NCBI GenBank assembly: GCA_023231475.1
Contig: JALJEE010000863.1
Coordinates: 1-38,176 of the forward strand
Direction of reading: 5' to 3'
From: Seison nebaliae
Taxonomy: Eukaryota
Length of the DNA: 38,176 nucleotides
Shown: in pieces, positions 25,312 to 36,936 of the stretch
How the letters are laid out: the number at the start of each line of letters is the position of its first letter
Numbering within the stretch: position 1 is the first letter of the stretch
Made by a program: the position numbers and the translations under genes
The notes under the pieces: generated by a model
What the model was told of the DNA's origin: nothing
Seen by the model: only the letters and a program-made list of their open reading frames with translations
The model's database searches: none

Positions 25312-27153
25312 ATGCATCCAAGGTATAAGAATGATGAAGAGATAATAGTTAGGAACCCACTTGAAAATCCACCTTCAATTAAGAACACATTCGATATATG
25401 TAGACCGATTTCGCTTCTGCAAATTATAATGTTTACTCCGTCATTAATGAAAATACTGATCGAAAATAATATGTGTTCGCCGGATATATGTAATATATTA
25501 AATAAGGTAAATTCGACTGAAAGTCACGATTTATGCATGTTCCCCGAAAATACTCCATATGCATACTTGAGACATGAAATCTTGATCTTATGTGGATGTC
25601 ACAAAATAAAACTTGACAGATTAGAAAAAACATCTCAATTTTCTTATGGTTCTGTATGTCCAAATTTAGGGATTACAGATATCAGTTTTTCTCTGCACAA
25701 CTTCTTTCGATTGTTATATTTCGATTATAGATTTAAAAGCGGTAGAACAGAAAGTCAAGGAAAGATATCATTGAACAGAAACAGAATATCGGATTTAAAT
25801 AAGAGAAACTTTGATTTTCAAAAATTACATCCAAAGTCGCCAAAATTTGTTGACTTCCGTCAATCGAATAGTCACATGAAAAACCATTTCAGAGATATAA
25901 TAACAACATCGACAATAAGTTCATTAGTTTTAATTGTCAATTATCTTTTTTACGGTCCAGATGAAATGGTCGCTATAATAGTTTTAAAAAATGCAGGTCC
26001 AATAGTCGTGAAAGAACAAGATTTCCATACGATATCCAAAGATTTCTTTGCGTATTTTGTTCCAATTAATTTAATGTTCATAAATATCAATACAACGGAA
26101 AATGATGAAAAATTTTATGTTTTAAATGAGACAATGCTTGAATACATGGACTCTTTAAAAATCCGACCATTTAATGACCGATTTACAGGATTTTCAAGGA
26201 ACTTAGAAAATCATTTTCGGGAAGTTACCAAGCAGCATGGCCTTCCTAAAATTGTGGCAATATCCGAAGCTTATGGAGATCCATTGTCTTTAGAATTATC
26301 CTACGACGTAATTTGTGAACTAAGTAAAATATTTCGTAAGTTTTATGATGCAGCCAAGGTGAGAAATAAGTTTTTTAAAAGCAAATTCTCTAAAAAGCAT
26401 GGCCAAACATTGAATAATGAAAAACTTGATCAAATTATTAAAGAAAACTGGAATGATACCGTCACGGTTAGTGGCTTTCGACCGAAATTACCAGACGATT
26501 TTTGGGATGGAGAAATTCCGCGTAAACAAGACCTATTTCGCGGTTACTACAAATCATATAACCAAAATTATTATACACTTTATGCATTCGAAATAGTTGT
26601 AGAGCCACTTATGTTTAAGCTGAATGAGCAGATAATAAATGGAACTGCTCTTCCAGAAAACTTCTTCTTTTGGCGTCAACGTCGTATGGACGAATTAATG
26701 AATAAAGCGAAAAGACTTCATGGAAAGCATTTATCGGATCACGATAATATTTTAATTGAAAAACGAATACGGAAATTTATTACTCCTATTGTTCACAAAG
26801 AAGCATTAGCCATGGCTCATGCGTATTATATTAAGCAACAAAGTGGTTTGGGTAAAATGACAACAGACAAATTCATTAGATTTGAAGAAGTTGAAAAGGA
26901 TGGTCATGGACTTGCTGTTATTAAATCTATTTCAACTAAGACTTGGTATTTGATTAGTAATGATGTAGTTGTACAATTACGAGATTTGAAAACTTTGTTA
27001 GGCGGACAATACGGTTATATTATCGAAACTATGTTTTGGTATGGAGAAAATTCTTACGAAAATGACATTCATAAATTAAGGCCTTTGGTCGAACCAATAA
27101 TAACCAAACACTACGGATTAGGGAAAAAAAATGTTCAAAACAATATTTTCTAG
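25312..27153 (+). CDS. 613-aa protein with a highly divergent ubiquitin-specific protease (peptidase C19)-like domain
   Basis: Long uninterrupted ORF. Cys-box-like SIKNTFDICRPISLLQIIMFTPSL, then LPKIVAI and YTLYAF, His-box-like DGHGLAVIKS..TWYLISNDVVV and TMFWY, in USP order. The confidence refers to the family call; the ORF itself is solid. Confidence 0.6.
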   Translation: MHPRYKNDEEIIVRNPLENPPSIKNTFDICRPISLLQIIMFTPSLMKILIENNMCSPDICNILNKVNSTESHDLCMFPENTPYAYLRHEILILCGCHKIKLDRLEKTSQFSYGSVCPNLGITDISFSLHNFFRLLYFDYRFKSGRTESQGKISLNRNRISDLNKRNFDFQKLHPKSPKFVDFRQSNSHMKNHFRDIITTSTISSLVLIVNYLFYGPDEMVAIIVLKNAGPIVVKEQDFHTISKDFFAYFVPINLMFININTTENDEKFYVLNETMLEYMDSLKIRPFNDRFTGFSRNLENHFREVTKQHGLPKIVAISEAYGDPLSLELSYDVICELSKIFRKFYDAAKVRNKFFKSKFSKKHGQTLNNEKLDQIIKENWNDTVTVSGFRPKLPDDFWDGEIPRKQDLFRGYYKSYNQNYYTLYAFEIVVEPLMFKLNEQIINGTALPENFFFWRQRRMDELMNKAKRLHGKHLSDHDNILIEKRIRKFITPIVHKEALAMAHAYYIKQQSGLGKMTTDKFIRFEEVEKDGHGLAVIKSISTKTWYLISNDVVVQLRDLKTLLGGQYGYIIETMFWYGENSYENDIHKLRPLVEPIITKHYGLGKKNVQNNIF

Positions 27154-27974
27154 AATCATTTCTTCAACTCAAGTTATTCTTCTAGACAGATACTTACCTC
27201 AAGGTAAATATATGTTGTTCATAAAACCTAAACAACAGAAAGTTTAGTTATTACTATAATATAAACAGTATATAAATTATTATCAGCTTCGATTTTTTTA
27301 GTACATTCTAACTTGGAAATACTAAACCTTCCGAATAATTCTTATGACACAATTTATTTTGAGATATATTTTGAAAAATATTGTGAGATACTCCTTTTTC
27401 TCGAATATTATTCTCATCTTCGATAAACGGAAGGTATCCCCGAAGTTTCTCTTTGCATTGTGCATTAAAAAAATACTTACTGTTAAAATGATGATTTGGA
27501 GTCTATAGATCTTGTAAATATATATATTTAATAATGATCGTCCTTCGAAAGATATGACGTATATTAATACACAGAAGGGTATAAAACGTTGTGCTACAAA
27601 TATTTTTTTGAGTTCAAAAGAATATATGTTTCATGAAAATTAATGTTCACATAAGGTAAAACTTTCCAGTTGCTTAAGGTTGAATTGGTCGTTATAAATT
27701 CAAATTTAGAAATAAATTCAATAGAAATTTGTCAAGTATTTTTTTTACATAACTTTATATTTCTTTTTTTGTGAGTAAAATTAGAGACATAATAAATTGA
27801 ACATAATAAAAATAACTAAAATTAATGAATTGCGAGGAGTGTATTATATTAATTGTATTAAGGTTAATTGAAGCGTGAAAATATCATTGAGCTTATACGT
27901 ATGTATTAAATGGTAGGACTAAACTTCATGGAAAAATGATCACTAGACCTTATCGTTAGAAAAATTAATGTGCA

Positions 27975-28844
27975 ATGTTTGGTTTTCGAAGAACACTAGT
28001 CCGAATTTCGGTCATACGATATGGAAGAAAACGAACGGTATTGATTGCCTTGGGTCTGGTCATAGTTGTAATATATTTCCTCCATTTCCGTATTCTTCCT
28101 TCTTCCATGGGCTACTATAATGACGAATGTTTCATAAAAGAAGAGAAACGATTCTATATGAGACTCGTCCTCCATACAGCTATTGCATCACTACTGAAAT
28201 TGAACCAGATATTCTGGATATCTTCTGGTACTCTACTTGGTTTTATCCGTCATCATGATATCATTCCTTGGGATGGCGATATCGATATTGATAAATTGAG
28301 AGAAGTGAACAAAACATACGAAATGGATTTACAAAAGAAATATATTAATCTGATGTCCATACCGATTTTGGGATGTAAAGGAAATTACGATCTGATGGTC
28401 TGTAAGGAAACCGTCAAAATTGGATTCATTTTATGGTCGTGGAGAGGCCGACAACTAAATGAGAAAATGATTCGAAAAACAAATAAATATTTGTTTGACA
28501 AAGAACATACATATAATAAATCTTTCTTGAACAGAATATTAAGGAAATTTAAAATAACAACATATTTTACTCGAGAAATTCTTCCAATCCATTGGAAGTT
28601 GTTGAATGGAGAAGAAATGAATGAAGTGCAGGTAAAATCCAAATACGAAACATTTTACAAGTCGCTATTTCAAATTGCAACACCGAAAGATGACATGGAG
28701 AGAACGATAATGAGAAAAAATTTAGATTATATGATGGAAAAACTGCCGAAACCATTCGTCAATGAACCAGAGAACTTCCTCAGTCGATTATATCCGTTAG
28801 GTTGGAAGAAAGAAAGACCTTTCAAATGGAAATGTTACGTTTAA
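27975..28844 (+). CDS. LicD/fukutin-related nucleotidyltransferase-fold protein, type II membrane, intronless (289 aa)
   Basis: N-terminal TM segment (VLIALGLVIVVIYFL), FWISSGTLLGFIRHHDIIPWDGDIDID motif and C-terminal PENFLSRLYPLGW. Confidence 0.88.
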   Translation: MFGFRRTLVRISVIRYGRKRTVLIALGLVIVVIYFLHFRILPSSMGYYNDECFIKEEKRFYMRLVLHTAIASLLKLNQIFWISSGTLLGFIRHHDIIPWDGDIDIDKLREVNKTYEMDLQKKYINLMSIPILGCKGNYDLMVCKETVKIGFILWSWRGRQLNEKMIRKTNKYLFDKEHTYNKSFLNRILRKFKITTYFTREILPIHWKLLNGEEMNEVQVKSKYETFYKSLFQIATPKDDMERTIMRKNLDYMMEKLPKPFVNEPENFLSRLYPLGWKKERPFKWKCYV

Positions 28845-29052
28845 ACACCATTATTATTAATTATTAATTATTGTTAATTTTTAATTTGCAAAGTTAAATT
28901 TTTTGAAGTTAATTTTTTGTTTGAAGAATTTGTCCAATTTAAGAAAAAAATTTTTTGTTAGAAATTTTCAATATAAAGTTAAATTAATTATATGATAATT
29001 GTATGGAAATAGATTGAGATAAATAAGGAAAACTATGTGGAATGAGAAAGGT

Positions 29053-30266
29053 TCATAATAATTTTTGAATTCGACTTAAGTTAATAGTTGTCGCGCGCGT
29101 TATATATTTTTCAATTACCTTTCGTTCTTTCAAGTCTAAGTAAAAGTTGATATTATATCGAAAAATTGTGTCTCCTACTTCAACAGATAATCTGTCCATA
29201 TATTCTACTGCCCCATTCACTTCTATGTCGTTCGATCTGGAATGAAATAGAGAATGAAAAAAAAATTTTTTAAAAATTTAAACTTTTTTCTTCCTTTCAG
29301 ATACAATTTTGAACGATATATGTAAAATTTCCAATGGACAATTTCATCTCGACATTTTTCTGAATTGCGATTACTCCTTCTTCGTTTTGATGAAATATCT
29401 GGATTTATTCGTTGTTTCGTTGCCACTTCTGATTTTCTTTTTTGTTTCGATGAGACCTCTGAACTTTTTCTGCGTTTTGCGGAAACTTCTGATTTTCGTT
29501 TTTCTTTCAATGTGACTACTGAATTTTTTCTGGGTTTTGAGAAAACTTCTGATTTTCTTTTTTGTTTCGATGAGACGACTGAACTTTTTCTTCGCTTTGG
29601 CCTAATTTCGGGACTTTTTATTTGTTTTGGAGATATTTCAGGACTGCTTATTTGTGGTATTGATTCATCTGAACATATTATTCGTTGTGGTAATATTTCG
29701 GGACTTCTTATTTGTTGTGGTGACATTTCGAGACGCCTTGTTTGTTGTGGTGAATTTCTAATACTGTTATTTCTGTTGTACAACATTGTTTCTTTCGTAA
29801 GTTTATTAGAATTTTTTGTTGATTTATTTCTACTACTCGATATCTTCCTTTTCTTCTCATCCATTTTTGTACATCGACTTACCATAGTTCCTTTCGGCGT
29901 TTCCAAGAGCACTTCTCCATTCCATGGTAAATCGGATATCATTGATAATTTTCGTTTCCTCTTTCTTCGAAAAGTCGGTTCGTCGTCTAGAATGGTTGAG
30001 TTCGATCTTTGATAAATCGGAGTTAATGCATCAGGAATGAATTTCGGTCTATCATATTCGTTGGTACAACAATGTACTGATATTATGGGCAATTTGAGAA
30101 ATAAGACGTGGTAACTAATATTGCACTTCGAACAACATTCTTCTACCGTTATTATATTGACGTCACAAGAATGATTCACTAAAATGATTGATATTTCTTT
30201 TATTAGCTGGTTATGGAATAATCTGTTATGATCTGAAGATCTTTCAAAAATAGGAGTGGAAGTCAT
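29053..30266 (-). CDS. Basic Ser/Lys/Arg-rich protein with 10-aa tandem repeats (~388 aa; exons 30266-29284, 29236-29053)
   Basis: ORF 29223-30266 runs into an AT-rich intron (29237-29283). Splicing adds SNDIEVNGAVEYMDRLSVEVGDTIFRYNINFYLDLKERKVIEKYITRATTINLSRIQKLL*. Confidence 0.7.
29364..29753 (-). repeat. Coding 30-bp tandem repeat, ~13 units
   Basis: Units such as SPQQIRSPEI, SPKQIKSPEI, SSKQKRKSEV and SAKRRKSSEV. ACTTCTGATTTTC recurs every 60 nt. Confidence 0.85.
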
Positions 30267-31132
30267 AATCTAACATAAAGAAAAAATATAATTATTACTG
30301 ATTAACAATAAAATAAGAAAATCAGAAAATTAGTAATTTATGATCGGTTAAGATAGTTAGCTAAACTTCCAAATGAACGGAATTTAATTATTTTCAAAAT
30401 ATCTCCAAGAATTTTTTTTATTAAAACTTCCAACGACTCATTTAAAAGAAAAATTATATTTACACAAATGCAACAAAACACGAAAATAATAATCAGATAT
30501 TTCTATTAAACTATTCTTAAGCTTAATAATACTAGTGATATGTACCATATTTGAGTGTTGTACCAAATAACAATAAGAACAGAATAAAGAACGAATATTA
30601 TTTATAAACTTTTTTTTATTATTCTAATTTAGCACTTTTATATTTTTATTCTATTCCTTAATTTCTTTTTTTCCTTTAAAACTATTCCATATTTATTTCA
30701 GTTCCCATAATCTCTAATAAACATATGATTTATAAGAGATAAATGGATATGAGTGAAATTTCTTCATTCGATTTCTTTCAATATATATGATTTTCATAGA
30801 AATTCAATAAAACTTCTTGAAACAGAACCGTTAGAATGGAAAAAACAAAATTACGATTAATCAAAATACGAATTGAATTGCTTCGATTTACAATGTTTCT
30901 ACTAAATTTCTTAACATTTTCTAACAGTTCATATACTATAAAGAAAAAGAAAGATGGAATCAATTGATTGAAATCAAACGGATTATGAAAGTGTTCTAAA
31001 GAGGAATGTGTGAGAATAAATTTTGGAAGATAAAATAATTTCATAATAAATTTAAAATTGGAAGTTTAAGCTCATCTGAAAAATCAGAAATAAAGAGAAG
31101 ATTATAACGAGAAATTTATTTTCGAATTAGTC

Positions 31133-31885
31133 ATGTCACGATACGATCGCGCGATAACTGTATTCTCACCGGACGGACATCTGTTTCAAGTGGAGTATGC
31201 ACAAGAAGCTGTGAAGAAAGGATCGACGGCAGTAGCTATTCGTGGGAAGGATGTGGTCGTTCTAGGCGTAGAGAAGAAAGCCGTTGCTATGTTGCAAGAG
31301 GAGAGAACGGTCCGTAAAATTGCTTTATTGGACGATCATGTGGCATTGGCATTTGCCGGTTTGACAGCTGATGCGCGTATTTTAATTAATCGTGCTCGTA
31401 TCGAATGTCAAAGTCATAAGTTGACAGTGGAAGATCCGGTGACAGTCGAATATATCACCAGATATATTGCTCGATTGAAACAGAAATATACTCAGAGTAA
31501 TGGTCGACGTCCATTCGGATTATCGATGTTAATCATCGGTTTTGATTATGATGGCACTCCACGTTTATATCATACCGATCCTTCAGGAACATATAATGAA
31601 TGGAAAGCGAATGCCATCGGTCGAAATTCGAAAACGGTTCGAGAATTTCTCGAAAAAAATTATTTCTCATTAGAGAATTTGAATGAAAATGAATGTGTAA
31701 AATTGTGTCTTCGTGCACTATTGGAAGTGGTTCAATCAGGTAGCAGGAATGTGGAATTGGCAGTGATGAAACGTGGAAAGAAATTGGAATTGATAGAACC
31801 AGAAGAAATTCAACGATTTCTTAAAGAGATCGAAGAAGAACAAGAGAAAGCGGAAAACGAAAAGAAGAGAGCTTCGGGAAAATAA
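31133..31885 (+). CDS. PSMA7: 20S proteasome subunit alpha type-7 (alpha4), intronless (250 aa)
   Basis: [34 protein letters not shown]...[11 protein letters not shown]...WKANAIGR...ALLEVVQSG. Confidence 0.98.
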   Translation: MSRYDRAITVFSPDGHLFQVEYAQEAVKKGSTAVAIRGKDVVVLGVEKKAVAMLQEERTVRKIALLDDHVALAFAGLTADARILINRARIECQSHKLTVEDPVTVEYITRYIARLKQKYTQSNGRRPFGLSMLIIGFDYDGTPRLYHTDPSGTYNEWKANAIGRNSKTVREFLEKNYFSLENLNENECVKLCLRALLEVVQSGSRNVELAVMKRGKKLELIEPEEIQRFLKEIEEEQEKAENEKKRASGK

Positions 31886-32036
31886 ATTGATTATTTTAAA
31901 TTAATAGATCATTATCGTCGTCTTATTCTAATATTATTATTATTATTAATATTATTCAAAATTATTTGTCCTTAAAAAAAACTTTATAAGAAATTGTATT
32001 TTTTCCATTCGATATGATTGGAGAAAGTAATTTTAT

Positions 32037-32978
32037 TTAAGAATTGCCCTTCTGTAAAGTAGATAAAATTAATGAAGAGTTTGTAGTATTTTTAGGAAAA
32101 AATTTCGGATGTCTTTTCGGTTGTGAAGAGGAAGTACGATTTTTAAGAATGTTTGGTAGAAACTTATTATGACGTAAATTATTGAAGACGTTAAGAACAG
32201 TAGAAGTGAGGGAATGTAGACGAAATGTTCGTGCTGGACTGTTGATTGGACATATGTTGTCTATTGGACGGTTGAATGTTGGATGACGACAGATGATGAT
32301 GATAAGTAGATTGACAAATAATCCAAGTAAGATCGTCGCGATGGCAATTGTCAAAGCAATTTTAGCGTAACATTTCGATTCATTCCTAGCACCTCTTTCA
32401 TTTGCATCAACGGATAGGAATGAGAAAATGATAGCAAAGCAACCTGAATAAGAGAAATGTGAAAATAAATTAAAATGTGAAAAAGTAAACCGAGACACGG
32501 ATTACAACAGAGACATGAGAAGAATGATGGAAGTAGATGTGAGGTTGTTTCGATATCGTTATCAGATTCGTAATTTATATTGTTCCTTCTAGAACGATGA
32601 TAATATGAATCTATAAAATATAAGAATATATATGTGGAGAGAAAATTTAAAAAAAGTTGAACTTGTTAGAGGTAGTTGTTCGTCGAGTGTGATGGGATGA
32701 TTGATTTCGATGAATTGTTGTGGATCGATCGGTTTGTTCACTATGATATATTCCTCATCGTCAACGATGTGTAATGATGGATTATTTACAATTTCATCAT
32801 ATGAAGGAGGATCATTATTCGTCACACAATTCTTCCCACTACATAAACATGTTCTCGTCTCAATTCCTTCTTCATTCGAATTATCTATACCTGGTAATAG
32901 TTGAGTGTTCTCGGTTGCTTGCTGTGATGATAATTGTGAGTTAGGAATAATCTCCGATGATACGTCATTGTTCGACAT
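32037..32978 (-). CDS. CD225/dispanin (IFITM/PRRT-like) membrane protein (~280 aa; exons 32978-32663, 32610-32491, 32443-32037)
   Basis: Spliced SHLLPSFFSCLCCNPCLGCFAIIFSFLSVDANERGARNESKCYAKIALTIAIATILLG follows the CD225 two-hydrophobic-segment pattern. N-terminal PPSY. Confidence 0.8.
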
Positions 32979-33533
32979 GGTACTCAAAAAGTAAAGAAAA
33001 TGATGATGCTCTTTGAGAAATTGAATGAACAAATGTAAATCAAATAAAAGTTGAATTGATAAAACTAAAAAAGAAACATTGGCAAATGAATTTGATTTAT
33101 ATGGACCGTATTTGAGTGGAAAGTATTGTATTTGAAAATTGAAAGGAAATTTTGGGTTGAGCTCGTCAGATAAGTCGAAATGTGAAAAGAAACCGAATAT
33201 AAATTAAAATTAATCAATTCACTTTTTTCTACGAACGACGATATTTAATATATTTCCGAAAGAAATTTCCTTTCACTAAAAAAAAACTTCTAACAATTTA
33301 ATACTCTCCAGCTGTTTCCTTCTCGGAGCGAACCAATTCCTCCCCCTCGCTCACATTAGGGAAGATTAAGTGAATTTCCATTAAATAATTTTTCTTACAA
33401 CTGAGAATTACCGCAAGAGGAATTATGAATTCATTATGTAATATCTACACAGACAATATCTCAACGAGTTTAATTTCAGTATCGAGGAGAGTATGTGGCA
33501 CTCTCTCAAAACGTAAATTTTATTAGAAATTCT

Positions 33534-33547
33534 GTTGCCATGACAAC
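33534..33547. promoter_or_regulatory. RFX X-box
   Basis: GTTGCCATGACAAC is one mismatch from the ideal palindrome GTTGCCATGGCAAC and lies in a divergent intergenic region. Confidence 0.7.
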
Positions 33548-34262
33548 CAGGAAAAAATGGTTTATTATTATTATTATTTTATCCACTTCATTCAATGGAT
33601 TGCTCATCGTTCATGACTTACAAATTTGCAGTTATTTATAAATAAAATTGACCGGAAATCTAATGGAACATGCGACATCTAGTCGATTTTTCTGAACTGA
33701 ATATAACTGGAATTATTTTCGTCTAAAAATCAGATTTAATGATCTAAATCATAATGATGAATTTAATGAATTCTTTCATCGGCGGCATCTCTCCCATCGA
33801 AAATTGGACGTGGTAGTGGTGGCATGATGCCAAATGTTTCAGCTACATGTTCCTAATTATTCTATCGAAAGAAATCGGATTTTATTCTCACAGTTATTGT
33901 CACTTCAAATTTATATAGAAAGAATCGTCTTGTCATTCTCTCATAGAGAATTATTTAGTAGAAAATCAGAATAATTATACTCCTGACTGTTATATAATTG
34001 AGTATCGGATATTAATCCGACTTAAAATTAATTTTCCATTAAATTTCTACAATTCGATTAAGAATTTTACATGTTTTCTTCGAGAAACAATTCTACTCAT
34101 TTCTCGAAAGTTTTCAGCTTAGAAATTCTATTAATTTTAATGTAAGAGGATTGAAAATGAAGAAAAGTTTGTTTGACGATTTAAGAATTTTTGGCGGTCT
34201 TTCAAATAATATGATTAAACATTAAAAACACGTAAGTATTAGATTGAAATAGAATTGTTAGG

Positions 34263-35258
34263 ATGACTGTAAGTATCGTTCGATTATTGGAGATCAGAGG
34301 AGAAATACAAAAGTTGAATTTTATTCATTTTCAAGTGTATGAACTGAAATTTCAAGAGAGATCGCAATTTTTGAAAAGTTGCGAAGGAATACTGAAGATG
34401 GGGCTAGAGATTTTCATAAGAAAATCGCAGAATATATTTTCGAATTAGAACTACGTGTTGAAGAAGTCAGTATATTTTTCGAAGAGTTCCAAATATATTT
34501 CTGTCTTCTTATCGTGATTGTTTCAATGCCAAGCAGATTTCTATTGAATTGGAGAATGTTGGGAAATTTGGACTGGACATGTCGAATAGATCGAAATCTC
34601 CAACATTGTCTGAAGTATCTTCTTATTTGCCTTTGGCTTCTCCCATGAAAATCGACAGAATTAATTGTCTTCAACTTGACAAATCAATTCAATGTACTGG
34701 TACTGATCAAACAACACAATCGTCATCTAAGTTGACACTTGAGCGTAATGTTACGAAAGTTCACATAGCTCCAGAAGAAGACGGAAATAATATGCAAATG
34801 AGAAATTGTCAATTGTCGAATTTCTGCAATTTCCCACATCCGATTCAACAGATGCTACCAAGACCTTTCGATTACAATCCACTTCCTCCACCATACCTAA
34901 ATCCAATCCTTTCTGCACTTCCTTCCATATCTACGGGACAGAACTACTGTCCATATAAAGAAAATCAAAAATCGAATTCGAATGTTAAGGAGTTAAGAGT
35001 CGCTTCACGCAAATTAGAAGTTAGTCGTTTTTCTTATTATTCAAGTACACTCCTAATGATTAGGTAAGATTAGTTGACATTCGAGTTTGATCAATATTGA
35101 TGAGTCTTGTTATTGAATGAGTGAATTTTCCTCTAGTTTTCTTTCCAATTAATTCTCCTCATTCGATTCCTCTTTCCTCTCGTCAGTTTTCCGGAGTTAG
35201 ATGTATGTAATTGTAAAAGTAGAGAATGAATGGACAAAACTTTAGATTAATTTAAATT

Positions 35259-35294
<36 letters not shown>

Positions 35295-35734
35295 GTGCAG
35301 AATGGTATAAATCAATAATAAGAGTATAATCATATAAAGAAATTGAGTGCATGAAAAGAATAATAATTTATGTGGAATTCTCTGTTTCCTTTAGAAATCG
35401 TTGAAATTAGTGAATGAATTAATATTAACTGGAACTTTCAACAATGCAATCAGTCCAAAGAACGAAAAAAATATTTCACAATCATTTCCTTCTCGTTATT
35501 TCTAATTATTAGTTTCTTCTAATAATTCTTCTTTCCTATCACATAGGTACTACGGCACCCTTTAATCTTCAATATCAACCCAACGATTTCATGGGACTTC
35601 TAGGTAACAAAGATTTGGAACATTATAAAAATGACTTTCGTCACCAATTTTATATGTCACTGAATCGACCTGATCATCATTCCTTATTTGATACTAGCAT
35701 TAAGCGATTGAATGATTCGATGGATTTCAGGTAA
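34263..35734 (+). CDS. Hypothetical protein with an N-terminal coiled coil (~309 aa; exons 34263-34312, 34357-34465, 34537-35019, 35395-35494, 35547-35734)
   Basis: Three staggered ORFs and two small downstream exons join in frame through GT-AG introns. The 3' end may instead splice at AG|GTAATT (35731) to later exons. Confidence 0.55.
35264..35293. repeat. (GT)15 microsatellite in an intron
   Basis: Read directly. Confidence 0.95.
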
Positions 35735-36519
35735 TTGTAAAGAAAAGAAGGAAAGAAGAAGGATTGTAGAGAATTAACCCGGAAATTAAATTAGAATAAA
35801 AGAAACAGTTTAAATTGGAATTGTTGTGTGATCGGTGAGGGAGGAGGTTCGTCCGATAATGTTCTGCTTATCATAATGGAATGATCTGTATGTAATGAGT
35901 GATCAATTAAAGGCATTTCTTACCCATTTGCTCATTTGGTTAATAAAATCTCGCGTATAATTCGATGCACTACCGACACACTAGTCATCTGTATTGTCTT
36001 CCTGAAAAATTTTGATAAAAATTGCCTTTTTCAATCATTATGTTATTGATATGCATTGTGTCATCGGCATACGCATCGTGCATTAATTTAACGATTTGTT
36101 TAATTTATTCTCCGATTCTCAACATATTTCTTCCTAATTTCCTGTTCTTTTTTAAATTACTTCATCATTATTACCAATTGTGCATATACCTCCAATCGTC
36201 CACTCGCATCTCCCCATAGATATTCTTTGGATGTAGATATATGTAGAGAACATGCGTATACATATTATGACTATATCAGATTAATGGTGATACATTTCTG
36301 CGAAGGAAATATGTAAAATTGGGAAGAATTAGGTGGAAAGAAGGAGAATAAAAAAGGAAATTATTTGTTTTGTTTATAAATTGACAATCATCTTGTTGTA
36401 ATATCGTTGTACATTGACCGACAATGATTATTGTTAGTAGTCCCACTACCGGAGACATGACAACATAAACGTAAATCATTCATCAATTATAATAATATGA
36501 GAAGATTATATTCGAAAAT

Positions 36520-36936
36520 ATGAATCACTTCATGGCACAACGTCAAACTTCAACTGAAATTTATAAGGATGGTATCTACATCGGCACATTCGATTCCATT
36601 GAACAGAAGAAGAAATATAAACCGAAATTTACTCAGAAACAATTCTCCATCGATCTCATGAAACTTCCCAACTATTCGAAACGTCTCCAAAACAATCGAA
36701 GTTGGACGGGTGAGCCAGTTCGACGAGTTCTCATGAAGCGAACGAGTGAAATTTTGAAAAGTCGACGTGACTTGTTTGCACATCGCAAGCAACAATTCCA
36801 TCAGACGATTAATGAATCTCACGAGTTCAATGAACGGAAGCAATTGTCGTCAAGAAGTAGCAATAGTGTATTCGAACACGTTAGAACGACATCAGCAACA
36901 ACCATCATCAAGAAACGACAACAAAGTGTTCAACGA
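36520..36936 (+). CDS. Probable coding exon of an unknown basic protein, with a further small exon possible near 37180-37221
   Basis: 169-codon ORF with protein-like composition up to ...QSVQR, then intron-like pyrimidine-rich sequence. Boundaries and linkage to the 34263 gene are unresolved. Confidence 0.45.

Noticed and set aside
27190..27200. ATACTTACCT as a possible U1 snRNA 5' end
   Set aside because: The downstream sequence is AT-rich with no U1 stem-loops or Sm site. At most it is an isolated minus-strand donor-like word.
29365..30012. 215-aa antisense ORF
   Set aside because: Shadow ORF of the repetitive K/R/S-rich gene on the opposite strand.
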